Origin: Polyangiales bacterium | Lineage (GTDB): Bacteria > Myxococcota_A > Polyangia > Polyangiales > Ga0077539 | DNA: 64,000 bases | Assembly (NCBI GenBank): GCA_044229975.1 | Contig: JBGARZ010000007.1 | Span: forward strand, 192,001 to 256,000 | Direction of reading: 5' to 3' | Part shown: positions 1 to 9,927 of the stretch, piece after piece | Layout: each line of letters begins with the position of its first letter | How positions within the stretch are numbered: position 1 is the stretch's first letter | Notes under the pieces: generated by a model | Told to the model about the DNA's origin: nothing | Databases searched by the model: none | What the model saw: the letters and a program-made list of their open reading frames with translations, nothing else | Program-made: the position numbers and the translations under genes

Positions 1-2
1 CC

Positions 3-347
3 CTCTTCCTGCACGACACTGCTGCCCACGAAGACGACGCCACCGCCGCGGCCGTGACCCGCCGCCTGTGGTCGCTCCGCGAGGGCGAGCGCACCGCCGC
101 GGAGACCGTTGCCGCGCTCGGTCCTGCGGGGGGCGGCTCCGACGACCCGGTGTACCGCCGCCCGTCGCTCACCAGCGAGTCGCTGCTCGTGGCGCTCCAT
201 GACGGCTCGCTCTCGGCCGCGTTGCGGCTGGCGGCGGCGAGGCACCTCGCGACGCAGGGAGCCGACGGTGCGCGCGCGGTGCGTGAGGCCGCCGGGGCCT
301 GGGTGGACGAAGACTCGCGACGCGCGCTCGATGCGATGACGGCGTAG
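3..347 (+). CDS. 3' part of a hypothetical protein (runs off the window start)
   Basis: Frame open from position 3 to TAG at 345-347 with GC3-rich codons. Confidence 0.6.
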   Translation, partial: LFLHDTAAHEDDATAAAVTRRLWSLREGERTAAETVAALGPAGGGSDDPVYRRPSLTSESLLVALHDGSLSAALRLAAARHLATQGADGARAVREAAGAWVDEDSRRALDAMTA

Positions 348-361
348 GGGAGGGCGGGGCG

Positions 362-826
362 TCAGCGAACGACGACGACGCCGTTCATCCCGAGGAAGCC
401 GTGCATCCCGCAGACGTACGGGAAGACGCCCGCGCGCGGGAACGTCACCGTCACGGTGGTGCCGCTCGACGTGAGCCGGATGGGGTTGCCGGACGAGCCG
501 CCGCGGGTGTCGCCGGGGACGCCGGGCGTGAGCGGGTGCGTGGAGAAAGCGCCTTCGAAGGTGACCTGCTGCCCGACGGCGATGGTCATGCACTTGGGGG
601 CGAAGCTGAACCCGCCGCTGCCGCGCTCGCCACCGAAGCCCACGATGCGCTCGGCGTCGACGGCGGTGCGGTCGACGAAGCCCTCCACGGTGCAGCCGTT
701 GAGCGTGACTGCGACCGCGGCGTCACCGCCGACGTTGAGCCGCTCGGTCTCCACGGGGATGAAGTAGTCGACGCAGCCGACGGTGAGCGAGAGGCCGGTG
801 ACGAGCAGGCGTTGGGCGGGGTGCAT
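362..826 (-). CDS. Plastocyanin/cupredoxin-like blue copper lipoprotein
   Basis: Lipobox-like LTVGC; FAPKCMTIAVGQQVTF; His in STHPL; C-terminal YVCGMHGFLGMNG (Cys-x2-His-x4-Met type-1 Cu ligands). Confidence 0.85.
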   Translation of the reverse strand: MHPAQRLLVTGLSLTVGCVDYFIPVETERLNVGGDAAVAVTLNGCTVEGFVDRTAVDAERIVGFGGERGSGGFSFAPKCMTIAVGQQVTFEGAFSTHPLTPGVPGDTRGGSSGNPIRLTSSGTTVTVTFPRAGVFPYVCGMHGFLGMNGVVVVR

Positions 827-882
827 GGGGTGGTTGGTGCCGCGATGGATGATTCGCCCGATCGGGCATGGTTGGCAATGGT

Positions 883-1794
883 CTACGGGGCGCAGACGAT
901 GGCCGCGGGGAGCACACAACGGCCGCCCTGGCAGCGCGCGGGATACGCGCACGGAGCCTCGTAGGATTCGCACGCCGCGCCATCGGCCACGAGCGGCGCG
1001 CAGCGGCCCTGGCCGAAGTCGTTGCGGTTGCGGCAGACGTGGCGCTCCTCGCACATCGGGCTCGCGGGCCGCGTGGGGTCGGTCACGATCTGCGAGAGGC
1101 ACGATCCATCGGTGGGAGACACCGGGCGGCGGATGCAGCGACGCGCCGTGCGGTCGCACGCGAGGCCCTGGGATGGGTCGCAGTCGCTGTCTCCCCCGCA
1201 CGCCTCGCCGAGGCCCACTCGCTCGACGCAGACGCCCGCCTCGCAGCGCAGCCAGTAGCGGCACGGCTGTCCATTGCCGCAGGTCTCGCCGACGCGTTGG
1301 GTGGGCGGTGTTCCGGCGGAGGAGCAGGTGCCGCAGCCGCGGTCGCGACCAAACGAACACTGCCCGCTCGCGCACTGCGCTCCGACCCGACACGCCGCGC
1401 CCATCGCACGGGTGCCGCGGGGCCAGGCGTCACAGGGAGGACCGTCGGTGAAGTAGCGCCAGCCGACCTCGCCGCACGAGGCGGCGTTGACCTCCGCGCG
1501 GCAGGCGTCGACGCGGTCGGGCGTGGCCGCGAGGTCGGACGCGGCGCGCCAACCATCACAGGCGAGGGTGACGCGCCCGACGCACGCGTCGACACCGATG
1601 GCGCGGCCCTCGGTGAGTCCGTTGGACAGCGCCGCGGGGGCGCACTGCTGGAGGCGCGCGCAGAGGGTCTCGGCGAGGCGGGCGCACGGGCTCGCGGGGA
1701 CGATGGCGTCGGTGGCGAGGTCGGGCTCGTGGAGGGAGCTGCGCGCGCCGCACGCGACGAGGGCGAGCAGCAGTGCGAGCGCGCGAAGGGGCAT
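883..1794 (-). CDS. Cys-rich secreted lipoprotein
   Basis: MPLRALALLLALVAC lipoprotein signal; many GExC/CxxGxC disulfide-type modules. Confidence 0.75.
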   Translation of the reverse strand: MPLRALALLLALVACGARSSLHEPDLATDAIVPASPCARLAETLCARLQQCAPAALSNGLTEGRAIGVDACVGRVTLACDGWRAASDLAATPDRVDACRAEVNAASCGEVGWRYFTDGPPCDAWPRGTRAMGAACRVGAQCASGQCSFGRDRGCGTCSSAGTPPTQRVGETCGNGQPCRYWLRCEAGVCVERVGLGEACGGDSDCDPSQGLACDRTARRCIRRPVSPTDGSCLSQIVTDPTRPASPMCEERHVCRNRNDFGQGRCAPLVADGAACESYEAPCAYPARCQGGRCVLPAAIVCAP

Positions 1795-1882
1795 CACCGT
1801 GTGGCAACACACGGGCGATGGGCAGGTCAAGCTCGGGTCATGGGCATCCGCGCGGCGGAGGAATAGCGCCACGACAGCGCAG

Positions 1883-2018
1883 GGCCGCCAGGGCGCAAGG
1901 GTCGCAAGGGACAAGACGGGTTGGGCAAGCGCTGGATGGGTCCACGCTCACCTTCTCGCGAACTCGAAGAACCTTCTCTGTGATGGCTCTTCCTCGCGAT
2001 CCTTGCGCCCTGGCGGCC
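1883..2018. repeat. Intergenic inverted repeat (27-bp arms, 82-bp spacer), REPIN/MITE-like
   Basis: GGCCGCCAGGGCGCAAGGGTCGCAAGG (1883-1909) versus the reverse complement of 1992-2018, 2 mismatches. Confidence 0.7.
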
Positions 2019-2075
2019 TTTCAGTGCCGCGACGCTCTTCCTGCCACCACGCCGACCGCGGAGCGGTCAAGGACG

Positions 2076-2933
2076 TCAGATGCGCGAGTCGAGCGAGACG
2101 CCGAGGGACACCGTCACGAAGTGCAGCCAGTTGCTCTGGTAGCCGTCGCTGGTGTTGGTGGGGTCGCCCTGGCCGACGGCGCCGCCGCCGAGGTAGCGCA
2201 GGTTCACGAAGGACTCGACGTGCGGAATGACCCGCCACCCGACGCGCACGCTCGCGTCGAGGATGGCGCCGGTGACCTCGTTGTCGCTGCCGTTGAGCAC
2301 GGAGATGGGCGCGTACAGCCCGTCGAGCTCGAAGCCGAAGAAGCCGCGCGTCGCGATGGGGAAGCGCCCGCGCACCCGGAGCAGCGGCACCGGCCCGACG
2401 TCGTTGCGCTGGCGGTAGCTGCGCCCGTCGACGGACTCGAACTCGATGCTGGCGTTGCGGAGCTGGAGACCGACGCCGAGAGCGAGCTCCTTGTCGGGCG
2501 CGGGCAGCAGGTCATACGCCCACCCCGCGCGAAAGAACGGGAACCCATACCGGAAGCGCACCGGCGTCCCCGCGGCGAAGGTGGCGCCGTCGATGCGGAG
2601 GTCGCGCCCGAGCGTGGCCGACGAGTCGATCTGCAAGGGTTGGTAGAGCAAGGTGATGATGTGCCGACGGTGGATGTCGAGCTCGATGGAGGCGCGGGCG
2701 AAGGTGTAGAGGTTGGTCTGCCCGCCGTCGTCGCGGTAGTCGATGCGGCTGCCGTCGCGACCCAGCGTGATGACGTGCGACCCCACCGCGAGGAAGCCGA
2801 GCTCGGCGTGGGCGCGCAGCCCGAGCACCGACTCCGCGGGAGCGATCGGTGGTGGCGGCGGTGTCTGCGCCGAGGCGAGCGCGGAGGCGAGCGCGAGGGA
2901 GCACCCGAGGGCAACGATCGAGGCGTTGTTCAT
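2076..2933 (-). CDS. Putative outer-membrane beta-barrel protein
   Basis: Sec signal (MNNASIVALGCSLALASALASA-Q); alternating amphipathic strands; terminal strand FVTVSLGVSL. Confidence 0.7.
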   Translation of the reverse strand: MNNASIVALGCSLALASALASAQTPPPPPIAPAESVLGLRAHAELGFLAVGSHVITLGRDGSRIDYRDDGGQTNLYTFARASIELDIHRRHIITLLYQPLQIDSSATLGRDLRIDGATFAAGTPVRFRYGFPFFRAGWAYDLLPAPDKELALGVGLQLRNASIEFESVDGRSYRQRNDVGPVPLLRVRGRFPIATRGFFGFELDGLYAPISVLNGSDNEVTGAILDASVRVGWRVIPHVESFVNLRYLGGGAVGQGDPTNTSDGYQSNWLHFVTVSLGVSLDSRI

Positions 2934-2973
2934 GTCGCGTGAGATGATTGAGACCGAGGGATGGATTCGCCAG

Positions 2974-3567
2974 TCACGCACCGAGCGCGGCGATGACCTC
3001 GTCGGCGGATTGCCCCGCCCAGTGCGCGCGCAACGCCTCGTTGCTCATGAACGACCGCGGCAGCATCCGGTCGACGTAGAGCGCGCCGTGCAGGTGGTCG
3101 ACCTCGTGCTGGAGGATGCGCGCGAACCACCCGTGCGCGACGGTCGTGACGGCGTTGCCCTCCTCGTCGAGCGACTCGACGCGCACCGAGCGCGCCCGCG
3201 GCGTCACGGCCGTCATCCCGGCGAGGCTGAGGCAGCCCTCGAAGAACCTCCGCGGCGTCGCGTCGAGCACCGTCAGCCGCGGGTTGATGAGCACCTGAAA
3301 CGGAACCTCCTCCATCTCCATCGCCGCGTTGCGAGCCGCGTCACGTCGGGAGAGCCCTTCGCGGGTGAGCTCGACCACGGCGATCTGGAGCCCGACGCCC
3401 GCCTGCGGCGCGGCGAGCCCGACGCCGCTCGCGGCCCGCATCAGGTCGCGCATGCGGGCGATGAGCGCGCGGGTCCCGGCGCTGCGAATCTCATCGGGCG
3501 TGAGCGCCTCGGCTGCGCGACGAAGGACAGGCGCGCCCGCCTGCACGATGGCCGCCGCGTCGCTCAC
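2974..3567 (-). CDS. def: Peptide deformylase
   Basis: Motifs GVGLAAPQ, EGCLS and QHEVDHLHG; GTG start overlaps the upstream stop (GTGA). Confidence 0.95.
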   Translation of the reverse strand: MSDAAAIVQAGAPVLRRAAEALTPDEIRSAGTRALIARMRDLMRAASGVGLAAPQAGVGLQIAVVELTREGLSRRDAARNAAMEMEEVPFQVLINPRLTVLDATPRRFFEGCLSLAGMTAVTPRARSVRVESLDEEGNAVTTVAHGWFARILQHEVDHLHGALYVDRMLPRSFMSNEALRAHWAGQSADEVIAALGA

Positions 3568-4343
3568 GCCCCCACCACGCGGAACGGATCGCGGTCCGCC
3601 GTCGACACCGTCACCGTCGCGCCCGGCAGCGCCGCCCGCAGCCGCTCGGCGAGCACGTCCAGCGTCTTGCGTTCGCTGTTGGAGTGCAGCGCGCACGCCA
3701 CCGTCACGCCCGCGGCGGCCGCCCGCAGCGCGTCGTGGTGGCGCATCTCGCCCGTCACATAGAGCCCCGCCCCCGACGCGATCACCTCGTTGAGCAGGTC
3801 ACCGCACGCGCCCGCCCCCACCGCGACGCGCGTCACCTCTCCCGCCGACGGACCGGCCACCACCAGGTGATCGAGACCCAGCGCCGCGCGCACCTGCGCC
3901 AGCAGTGCACCGCGCTCGATCGGCGACACCTCGCCCACGCGCCCGAGGCCGAGCCCCTCGGCCATCGAGGTCACCCGCAGCGGTCGTCGATCGGTCATCC
4001 CGACGGCGTCGGCGAGCACGTCGTTGGTCCCGCCGTCGGCGACGTCGAGCGAGGTGTGCGGGGTGTAGACGGCCACGCCCGCGCGCACCAACGCGTACGC
4101 CATCGATCCGGCGAGCACGCGCTTCAGCCCATCGAAGATCACCGGGTGGTACGACACCACCGCGGTGCACCCGAGCGAGAGCGCTTCGTCGAGCACCTCG
4201 CGCGTGAGGTCGATAGCCAGCAGCACGCGGTCGGCGTCGGCGTCGCGGTCGCCCACCAGCAGCCCGACGTTGTCCCACTTCTCGGCGAGGCGCGTGGGGG
4301 CGATGGCCTCCATCGCGCGGCACAGGTCATCCACGGTCGTCAT
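3564..4343 (-). CDS. Nif3-like dinuclear metal centre protein (YbgI/GTP cyclohydrolase I type 2 family)
   Basis: AEKWDNVGLLVGD, YHPVIF, HTSLD..GGTND, TGEMRHH, HSNSE. Confidence 0.93.
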   Translation of the reverse strand: MTTVDDLCRAMEAIAPTRLAEKWDNVGLLVGDRDADADRVLLAIDLTREVLDEALSLGCTAVVSYHPVIFDGLKRVLAGSMAYALVRAGVAVYTPHTSLDVADGGTNDVLADAVGMTDRRPLRVTSMAEGLGLGRVGEVSPIERGALLAQVRAALGLDHLVVAGPSAGEVTRVAVGAGACGDLLNEVIASGAGLYVTGEMRHHDALRAAAAGVTVACALHSNSERKTLDVLAERLRAALPGATVTVSTADRDPFRVVGA

Positions 4344-4385
4344 CGTGGCGAAACCTACCAGACCGGCTCTATGGTGGACGTCGCC

Positions 4386-4871
4386 ATGCAGCCCACTCCC
4401 GCAGTCACCGTGCGACCCGCGACCCACGACGACCTCGACGCCCTCGGCACCATGGCCGGCGCGCTCGTGCGCTTCCACCACGAGGTCGACGCGGGGAGGT
4501 TTCTCCTCGTGAACGGCGTCGAGGAGGGCTACCGGCGCTGGTTTCGCCAGGAGCTCGCCAACGCCGACGCCATCGTCCGCGTGGCGGTCGACGGTGGGGG
4601 TCGCGTGCTCGGATACACCTACGCCCGCGCCGAGGGCCGCGACTGGAACCTCCTCCTCGACGACCACGTCGCCCTGCACGACATCTTCGTCGACCCGGCC
4701 GCCCGCGGCGCCAGCGTGGGCGACGCGCTCATGGCCGCGCTCGTGGCCGACGTCGAGGCGCGCGGGGCCAGGCGCGTGGTGCTCCACACCATGGTCTCCA
4801 ACGAGCGCGCGCAGAAGCTCTTCGCGAAGTTTGGCTTCCGCCCGACGATGCTGGAGATGACCCGCGGTTGA
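4386..4871 (+). CDS. GNAT family N-acetyltransferase
   Basis: VTVRPATHDD; LHDIFVDPAARGASVG (motif A); NERAQKLFAKFGF (motif B). Confidence 0.9.
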   Translation: MQPTPAVTVRPATHDDLDALGTMAGALVRFHHEVDAGRFLLVNGVEEGYRRWFRQELANADAIVRVAVDGGGRVLGYTYARAEGRDWNLLLDDHVALHDIFVDPAARGASVGDALMAALVADVEARGARRVVLHTMVSNERAQKLFAKFGFRPTMLEMTRG

Positions 4872-5039
4872 CGTCAGCGTGGCGGCAGCGCCACGACCGA
4901 CGCGCCGGCGCTCCAGTGGGTCGCGCGACGATTGCATCAGACGCCGCGCGATCAGCGCTGGCACGGAGGGTGATATCGGGTGTTGGGCAGTGAAGGTCCT
5001 GCGTGGCGTGCGCGTCACCGCGGGGCGGGAGTGAAGCTC

Positions 5040-6002
5040 ATGAACATCTACCAGAAGACCTCGTTGGCGTTCGCGGTTGCCTCGATGACCCTCGGCCTCG
5101 CCGGTGTCGCAGAGGCGCAGCCGTTTGCGGTGCCCGGCGACACGGCGGGCTGCGAGTCGGCCAACGGGCCCTTCGCGTGGAGCTGCTACCGCGCCATCCC
5201 GGGCATGGCGTGCACGCAGATTCGCGAAGACGCCGACCCCCACACCTGGGGCGACAACTACTTCTGCTCGGCGCAGCCGCTGGGCATCCGCTGGTCATCC
5301 GCGGGGCCCGTCGCCGGGATGCGCTGCACCCAGATCACCGAAGGCGCCGACCCCAACACCTGGAACGACAACTTCCTCTGCGTCCCGCCGACGTCTCCGC
5401 TGGTGTTCTCGTGGAGCAGCGCGGGACCCGTCCCCGGCCTCCAGTGCGTCCAGTGGAATGAGCCCGCCGACCCCCACACCTGGCAGGACAACTACCTCTG
5501 CTGGCAGGGCGGCCAGCGCTTCGGGCGCCCCGTCTTCGCCGCGCCTCCGCCTGTCTTCGTCGCCCCGCCGCAACCCCCCGTGGTGGTGCAGCCCGCGCCC
5601 GTCTCGTGCGAGTCGGCCAACGGCCCCTTCGCGTGGAGCTGCTCGCGTCCGCTCCCCGGCATGGCATGCACGCAGATCACCGAAGGCGCCGACCCCAACA
5701 CCTGGAACGACAACTACTTCTGCTCGGCGCAGCCGATGGGCATCCGCTGGTCGTCCGCGGGGCCCATTCCAGGGATGCGTTGCACCCAGATCACGGAAGG
5801 GGCCGACCCTCACACCTGGAATGACAACTTCCTGTGCGTCCCGCCGATGGCGCCGGTGCAGTTCCAGTGGAGCAGCGCCGGTCCCATCGCGGGCCTCTCA
5901 TGCGTCCAATGGAACGAACCGTCGGACCCCCACACGTGGCAGGACAACTTCCTCTGCTGGGGCGGTGGTCGCGGTCGTCGTATGGGCCCGCGCTTCTACT
6001 GA
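5040..6002 (+). CDS. Secreted protein with six Cys/Trp-rich repeats (2 x 3)
   Basis: Signal peptide ending AEA-Q; six copies of WSxxGP..G..C(T/V)Q(I/W)xExADPxTWxDN(Y/F)xC; Pro/Val linker between the two halves. Confidence 0.85.
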   Translation: MNIYQKTSLAFAVASMTLGLAGVAEAQPFAVPGDTAGCESANGPFAWSCYRAIPGMACTQIREDADPHTWGDNYFCSAQPLGIRWSSAGPVAGMRCTQITEGADPNTWNDNFLCVPPTSPLVFSWSSAGPVPGLQCVQWNEPADPHTWQDNYLCWQGGQRFGRPVFAAPPPVFVAPPQPPVVVQPAPVSCESANGPFAWSCSRPLPGMACTQITEGADPNTWNDNYFCSAQPMGIRWSSAGPIPGMRCTQITEGADPHTWNDNFLCVPPMAPVQFQWSSAGPIAGLSCVQWNEPSDPHTWQDNFLCWGGGRGRRMGPRFY

Positions 6003-6024
6003 CCGCCGCGCATCGTCGCAGACA

Positions 6025-7173
6025 TCACCCCGCGACGGACTTCGACACCTCCAGCGCGCCGCTCCCGTAGCCCCACTTCAGCAGCGCCTTCAGCTCCGGC
6101 CGACGGTAGAGCCCGCTCGCCACCAGCGCCTGCATCGCGTCCTGGATGCGCCCGCGCACCGCCGCCGGAGCATCCACCTCGCGCGCCACCCGCCACCGAT
6201 ACCGCCGCACCGCCTCGTCATCGAGCGCGCCCGCCTTCAACGCCGCGGCGCACACCTCGCCCGCGATCTCGCCTGTCCGCAGCGCCTGCCAGATGCCCTC
6301 ACCCGTCAGCGGATCAACGTGCCGCCCGGCATCGCCCGTCGTCAGCATCCCGGGCATCCCCACCCGCACGCCGACGTCGCTCAAGGGGAGCTGCCACGTG
6401 CGCACCGAGCCCACCCGCTTCGCCCCCGCGAAGCGGTCGCGGTGCTGCTCCATGAAGGCATCGAAGAGCGCCGCGAGCGACAGCTTGCGGGCGTCGTAGC
6501 CGTCGCGCCGCAGGTACACGCCCACGTTGGAGACGCCCTCCACCGCGGGGAAGATCCAGCCGTACCCGTACGGCAACCCCGGGTCGAACCAGTGCTCGCT
6601 CCAGCCTTCACGCAGTGCCCCCGTGACGCCCTCGAAGTACGCCGTCGCCGAGATGGCCAGACCCCGCCCGCGCGGCTTCTCCACCCCGAGCGCCCGCGTC
6701 GCGACCGAGCCCGGTCCGTCGGCCGCCAGCACCGCTCGCGCCCGCACCACTTCGCCGCCGATGCGCGCGCCCACCACGGCGCCGCCCTCCACCACGAGGT
6801 CGTCCGCCGCCACGGCCTCGGTGACCTCCGCGCCAGCGTTCACGAGCGCTCGCACCAGCAGCGCGTCGAGGTCGAGCCGACCGACGATCATCCCGCGCGC
6901 GTCGCCGTAGTCCCGCGGGATGCTCCCGCCATCGGGCAGCAGCGCGAGCGCTCCCAGTACGTCGGTGTGCGGGGCCGCGCGCAGGGCGTCGCCCGCGCCG
7001 AGCGACCCGATGATGGCGATGGCCTTGTTGGAGAGCGCGTCGCCGCACACCTTCGGCCGCGGAAAGGTTGCCCGGTCGATGACCCGCACGTCGAGCCCGG
7101 CCCGCGCGGCCACCACCCCCGCGGCGCACCCCGAGGGGCCCGCGCCGATCACCAGGACGTCGACGGTCTTCAT
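6025..7173 (-). CDS. Geranylgeranyl reductase family FAD-dependent oxidoreductase
   Basis: GAGPSG Rossmann motif, FPRPKVCGD, ADG, YGWIFP, GDAGRHVDPLTGEGI. Confidence 0.9.
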   Translation of the reverse strand: MKTVDVLVIGAGPSGCAAGVVAARAGLDVRVIDRATFPRPKVCGDALSNKAIAIIGSLGAGDALRAAPHTDVLGALALLPDGGSIPRDYGDARGMIVGRLDLDALLVRALVNAGAEVTEAVAADDLVVEGGAVVGARIGGEVVRARAVLAADGPGSVATRALGVEKPRGRGLAISATAYFEGVTGALREGWSEHWFDPGLPYGYGWIFPAVEGVSNVGVYLRRDGYDARKLSLAALFDAFMEQHRDRFAGAKRVGSVRTWQLPLSDVGVRVGMPGMLTTGDAGRHVDPLTGEGIWQALRTGEIAGEVCAAALKAGALDDEAVRRYRWRVAREVDAPAAVRGRIQDAMQALVASGLYRRPELKALLKWGYGSGALEVSKSVAG

Positions 7174-7242
7174 GGTTCCGCTCATCGCACGCTGCGAGGG
7201 ATCGGCACAATCGCGCCGCGATCTGCGACACTCCCGCGCGCC

Positions 7243-8961
7243 ATGCGTACCCGCGCCCCGCTCCTCCTGCTCGCCGTCACCGCCCCGCTCGCCTGCGGCG
7301 ACGATCGCCCCTCTTCCGTGGTCCTCGTCGACGCCGGAACCGACGCTTCACCCGATGTTCCGGTCGTCGATGTTCCCGTCGACGTGCCCGTCACGCCGGG
7401 CGCCGCTCGCGTCATCGTCGAGCACTATGACTACGACCTCGACGTCGCCGCCCGCCGCGGCCGCGCCAGCCTGCGCCTCCGCGTCACCGCCGCGGGCGAC
7501 TGCGTGTCCCTCCCGTTTCGTCCCACGGCGGCCGACGACGTGACCCTCGACGGCGCCCCGGCTCGCGACGTCATGGTCGCCGGCGGCCGCCTCGTCGCGT
7601 GCGACCCTACCGGTCAGGGCTACGCCGTCGGGAGCACCGTCACCCTCGCCGCGGGCTCCTCGCTCATGGGAACCGCCACGCTCCGCAACACCCAGGTCGG
7701 CTTCAGCTCCCGCGTCGACTCCGCGGGCGGAAACTTCACCTACCTCCTCTCGTGGGTCGGCCAGTGCGACCGCTTCGGGGCCTGCGACAACGACCCGGGG
7801 GTGTTCGCCACCTACCACTTCAACGTCACGCACGCGGCCAACCAGCGGGTCTTCTGCCCCGGAACCATCACCCCCACCGAGACGCGCACCGAGTGCGACT
7901 TCCGCTTCGAGGGCGGCCCGACGTACAGCACCTTCGGCGTGATGATCGGCCAGCGCTGGCTCGACCACCCGCTCGGCCGCGCCGCCAACGTCGACCTCAT
8001 CCTCTATGACCTCCTGGACACCGGCGTCACCGCGGCCCTCGACGCGACCCGGGTGCAGGGGATGGTGTCGTTCATGAGCGAGCGCTTCGGGCGCTACCCC
8101 TACGGCAACACCCTGCGCTTCGTGGTGGCTCCGACGACCTGGGCGGGCTTCGAGCACCCCGGCAACATCGCCCTCGCGCAGACCCTCGCCAACGGCAACG
8201 CCGAGCACACCGTCTTCCACGAGATCGCCCACCAGTGGGCCGGCGACCAGACCACCATCGCCTCGGTGCGCGACTTCGTCTGGAAGGAGGCCATGGCCGA
8301 GTACCTGAGCTTCGTCTACGAGTCGACGCGCCTCGGCGACGCGCGGGGCATCACCACCGCGCGCATCTGGAAGGACTCCGCCCGCTCGCTCACCAACCAC
8401 CCGGTGCCGCGCGCGGAGGTGCCCATCAACGAGTTCTATGGGTCGGCGTACGGGCCGGGCCCGATGGTGCTCTTCCGGCAGTTGGAGGTTCGCTACTCCC
8501 GCGACGCCGTCATGGGCGCCCTCACCGACCTCCTCGGCCGACCCCGCGCGATCTCCCTCGACGACGTTCGACGCGCCCTCGAAGCGCGCACCTCGGCCAA
8601 CCTCGCGGCCTACTTCACCGGCTGGCTCGTGGGCGACGGCGCGCCTGTCTGGCCGACCGCGCGCGTCACCCGCAACACCGTCGCCGACGGCCCCGTCACC
8701 ATCACCGTCGACCCGCACGGAACGGGTCGCGGGATGATGTTCGTCGTGCGCGTCGAGGGTGCTGCGGGCGAGCGGCTCGATGTCCCCGTCGACCTCGGCA
8801 TTGACGGCGCAGGGTCGCCGACGGTCACCGCACGGCCGGGCTTCGTGGTCACCCGCGTCACCGTCGACCCCGACGCGCAGGCCCTGGTCTACGCGGACAA
8901 CACCGCGAGTGGAGCGCCCGCGGCGAGCGCCCCGCCGGTGCGTCCGTGGCTCGCGCCGTGA
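7243..8961 (+). CDS. M1 family (aminopeptidase N-like) zinc metallopeptidase lipoprotein
   Basis: Lipobox PLAC; AGFEH (GAMEN-like); HEIAH followed 18 residues later by E (WKEAMAEY); YGSAY. Confidence 0.88.
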   Translation: MRTRAPLLLLAVTAPLACGDDRPSSVVLVDAGTDASPDVPVVDVPVDVPVTPGAARVIVEHYDYDLDVAARRGRASLRLRVTAAGDCVSLPFRPTAADDVTLDGAPARDVMVAGGRLVACDPTGQGYAVGSTVTLAAGSSLMGTATLRNTQVGFSSRVDSAGGNFTYLLSWVGQCDRFGACDNDPGVFATYHFNVTHAANQRVFCPGTITPTETRTECDFRFEGGPTYSTFGVMIGQRWLDHPLGRAANVDLILYDLLDTGVTAALDATRVQGMVSFMSERFGRYPYGNTLRFVVAPTTWAGFEHPGNIALAQTLANGNAEHTVFHEIAHQWAGDQTTIASVRDFVWKEAMAEYLSFVYESTRLGDARGITTARIWKDSARSLTNHPVPRAEVPINEFYGSAYGPGPMVLFRQLEVRYSRDAVMGALTDLLGRPRAISLDDVRRALEARTSANLAAYFTGWLVGDGAPVWPTARVTRNTVADGPVTITVDPHGTGRGMMFVVRVEGAAGERLDVPVDLGIDGAGSPTVTARPGFVVTRVTVDPDAQALVYADNTASGAPAASAPPVRPWLAP

Positions 8962-9032
8962 CCTGACGAAAAGGGTGACGGCCGCCGTGTCGCGCGTTGG
9001 GCGATGGCCTCATGCGCGGTAACTTATCGGGC

Positions 9033-9869
9033 ATGCGACCAGTGGTGATCTTCGGGACGATCGCGGCGACCATGGTGTGCTGGCTCTCGACGCGCATGTG
9101 GTTGGGCGATGTGTTGTCGGTGTGGAAGGTGAGCTGCCTGCTCGGGGCGTGGGCGCCCATCGGCGCGGCGGCGGTGTTTCTCTACGTGCGCGAGGTGGGC
9201 GACAACGAGCACGGGGTGTTCGCCGCGTGGTGCGTGCGCGCCATCGGGATGCACTGGACCCTCGTGTGGCTCGTCGGCATGTCCGACTGGCTCCGCGGCC
9301 CGCCGCACACCCCGCCCGCGTGGAACTCCGACGTCGGCATGCCCCTCGTCTTCCTCGCGTTCATCCCCGTCTTCGCGCTCTCCGTGGCCGCCCTGCAATG
9401 GACCCGCTCGGTGGCAGCCCGCTTCGGCGAGCACCTCCGCGCCCGCCAGGCTGGCGCGCTCCACGTCGTCGACGGCGCGCGCAGCCCGTACCGCGGCGCC
9501 ACCACCGAGCTCCGTCGCGTCGTGCCCCCGCTCGCGCCCGCGCCCTTCGCGCCGGTGCTCATCGGGGCCGTCGGCCTCGGCGCCACCTGGGTCGCGCTCT
9601 CCACCTCGCTCTCCTCCACGATGGTGCTCATCGGCACCTCCGTCGCGCTGTGCCTGGTGTCGCTCCGTAGTGCGCGCGCCGTCGAGCCGTCGGTGTGCGC
9701 CCTCGTCGCCGTCGGCGGTCTGCTCGTGACCCGCGCGCAGCACTTCGACACGCTCGTCATCGTCGACCGCGGGATGCTCTGGCCCGTCGCCGCGCTCGCG
9801 GGTCTCGCGCTCTACCTGGTGCTCCTCGAAGGTCGGCTCTTCCTCACGCGGGCTCGCGCACAGGGCTGA
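9033..9869 (+). CDS. Hypothetical multi-pass membrane protein
   Basis: About 8 hydrophobic segments; SPYR linker. Confidence 0.65.
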   Translation: MRPVVIFGTIAATMVCWLSTRMWLGDVLSVWKVSCLLGAWAPIGAAAVFLYVREVGDNEHGVFAAWCVRAIGMHWTLVWLVGMSDWLRGPPHTPPAWNSDVGMPLVFLAFIPVFALSVAALQWTRSVAARFGEHLRARQAGALHVVDGARSPYRGATTELRRVVPPLAPAPFAPVLIGAVGLGATWVALSTSLSSTMVLIGTSVALCLVSLRSARAVEPSVCALVAVGGLLVTRAQHFDTLVIVDRGMLWPVAALAGLALYLVLLEGRLFLTRARAQG

Positions 9870-9927
9870 GCGGGGCTGTCGATCGCGGCACCTCGTCTCT
9901 AGATGGGGTGCTCGGAGGAGACATCCC

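Noticed and set aside
5104..7242. N-terminal extension of the 1285-aa ORF
   Set aside because: It is a shadow frame over the repeat protein and antisense to the reductase; the real peptidase starts at 7243 with a lipoprotein signal.
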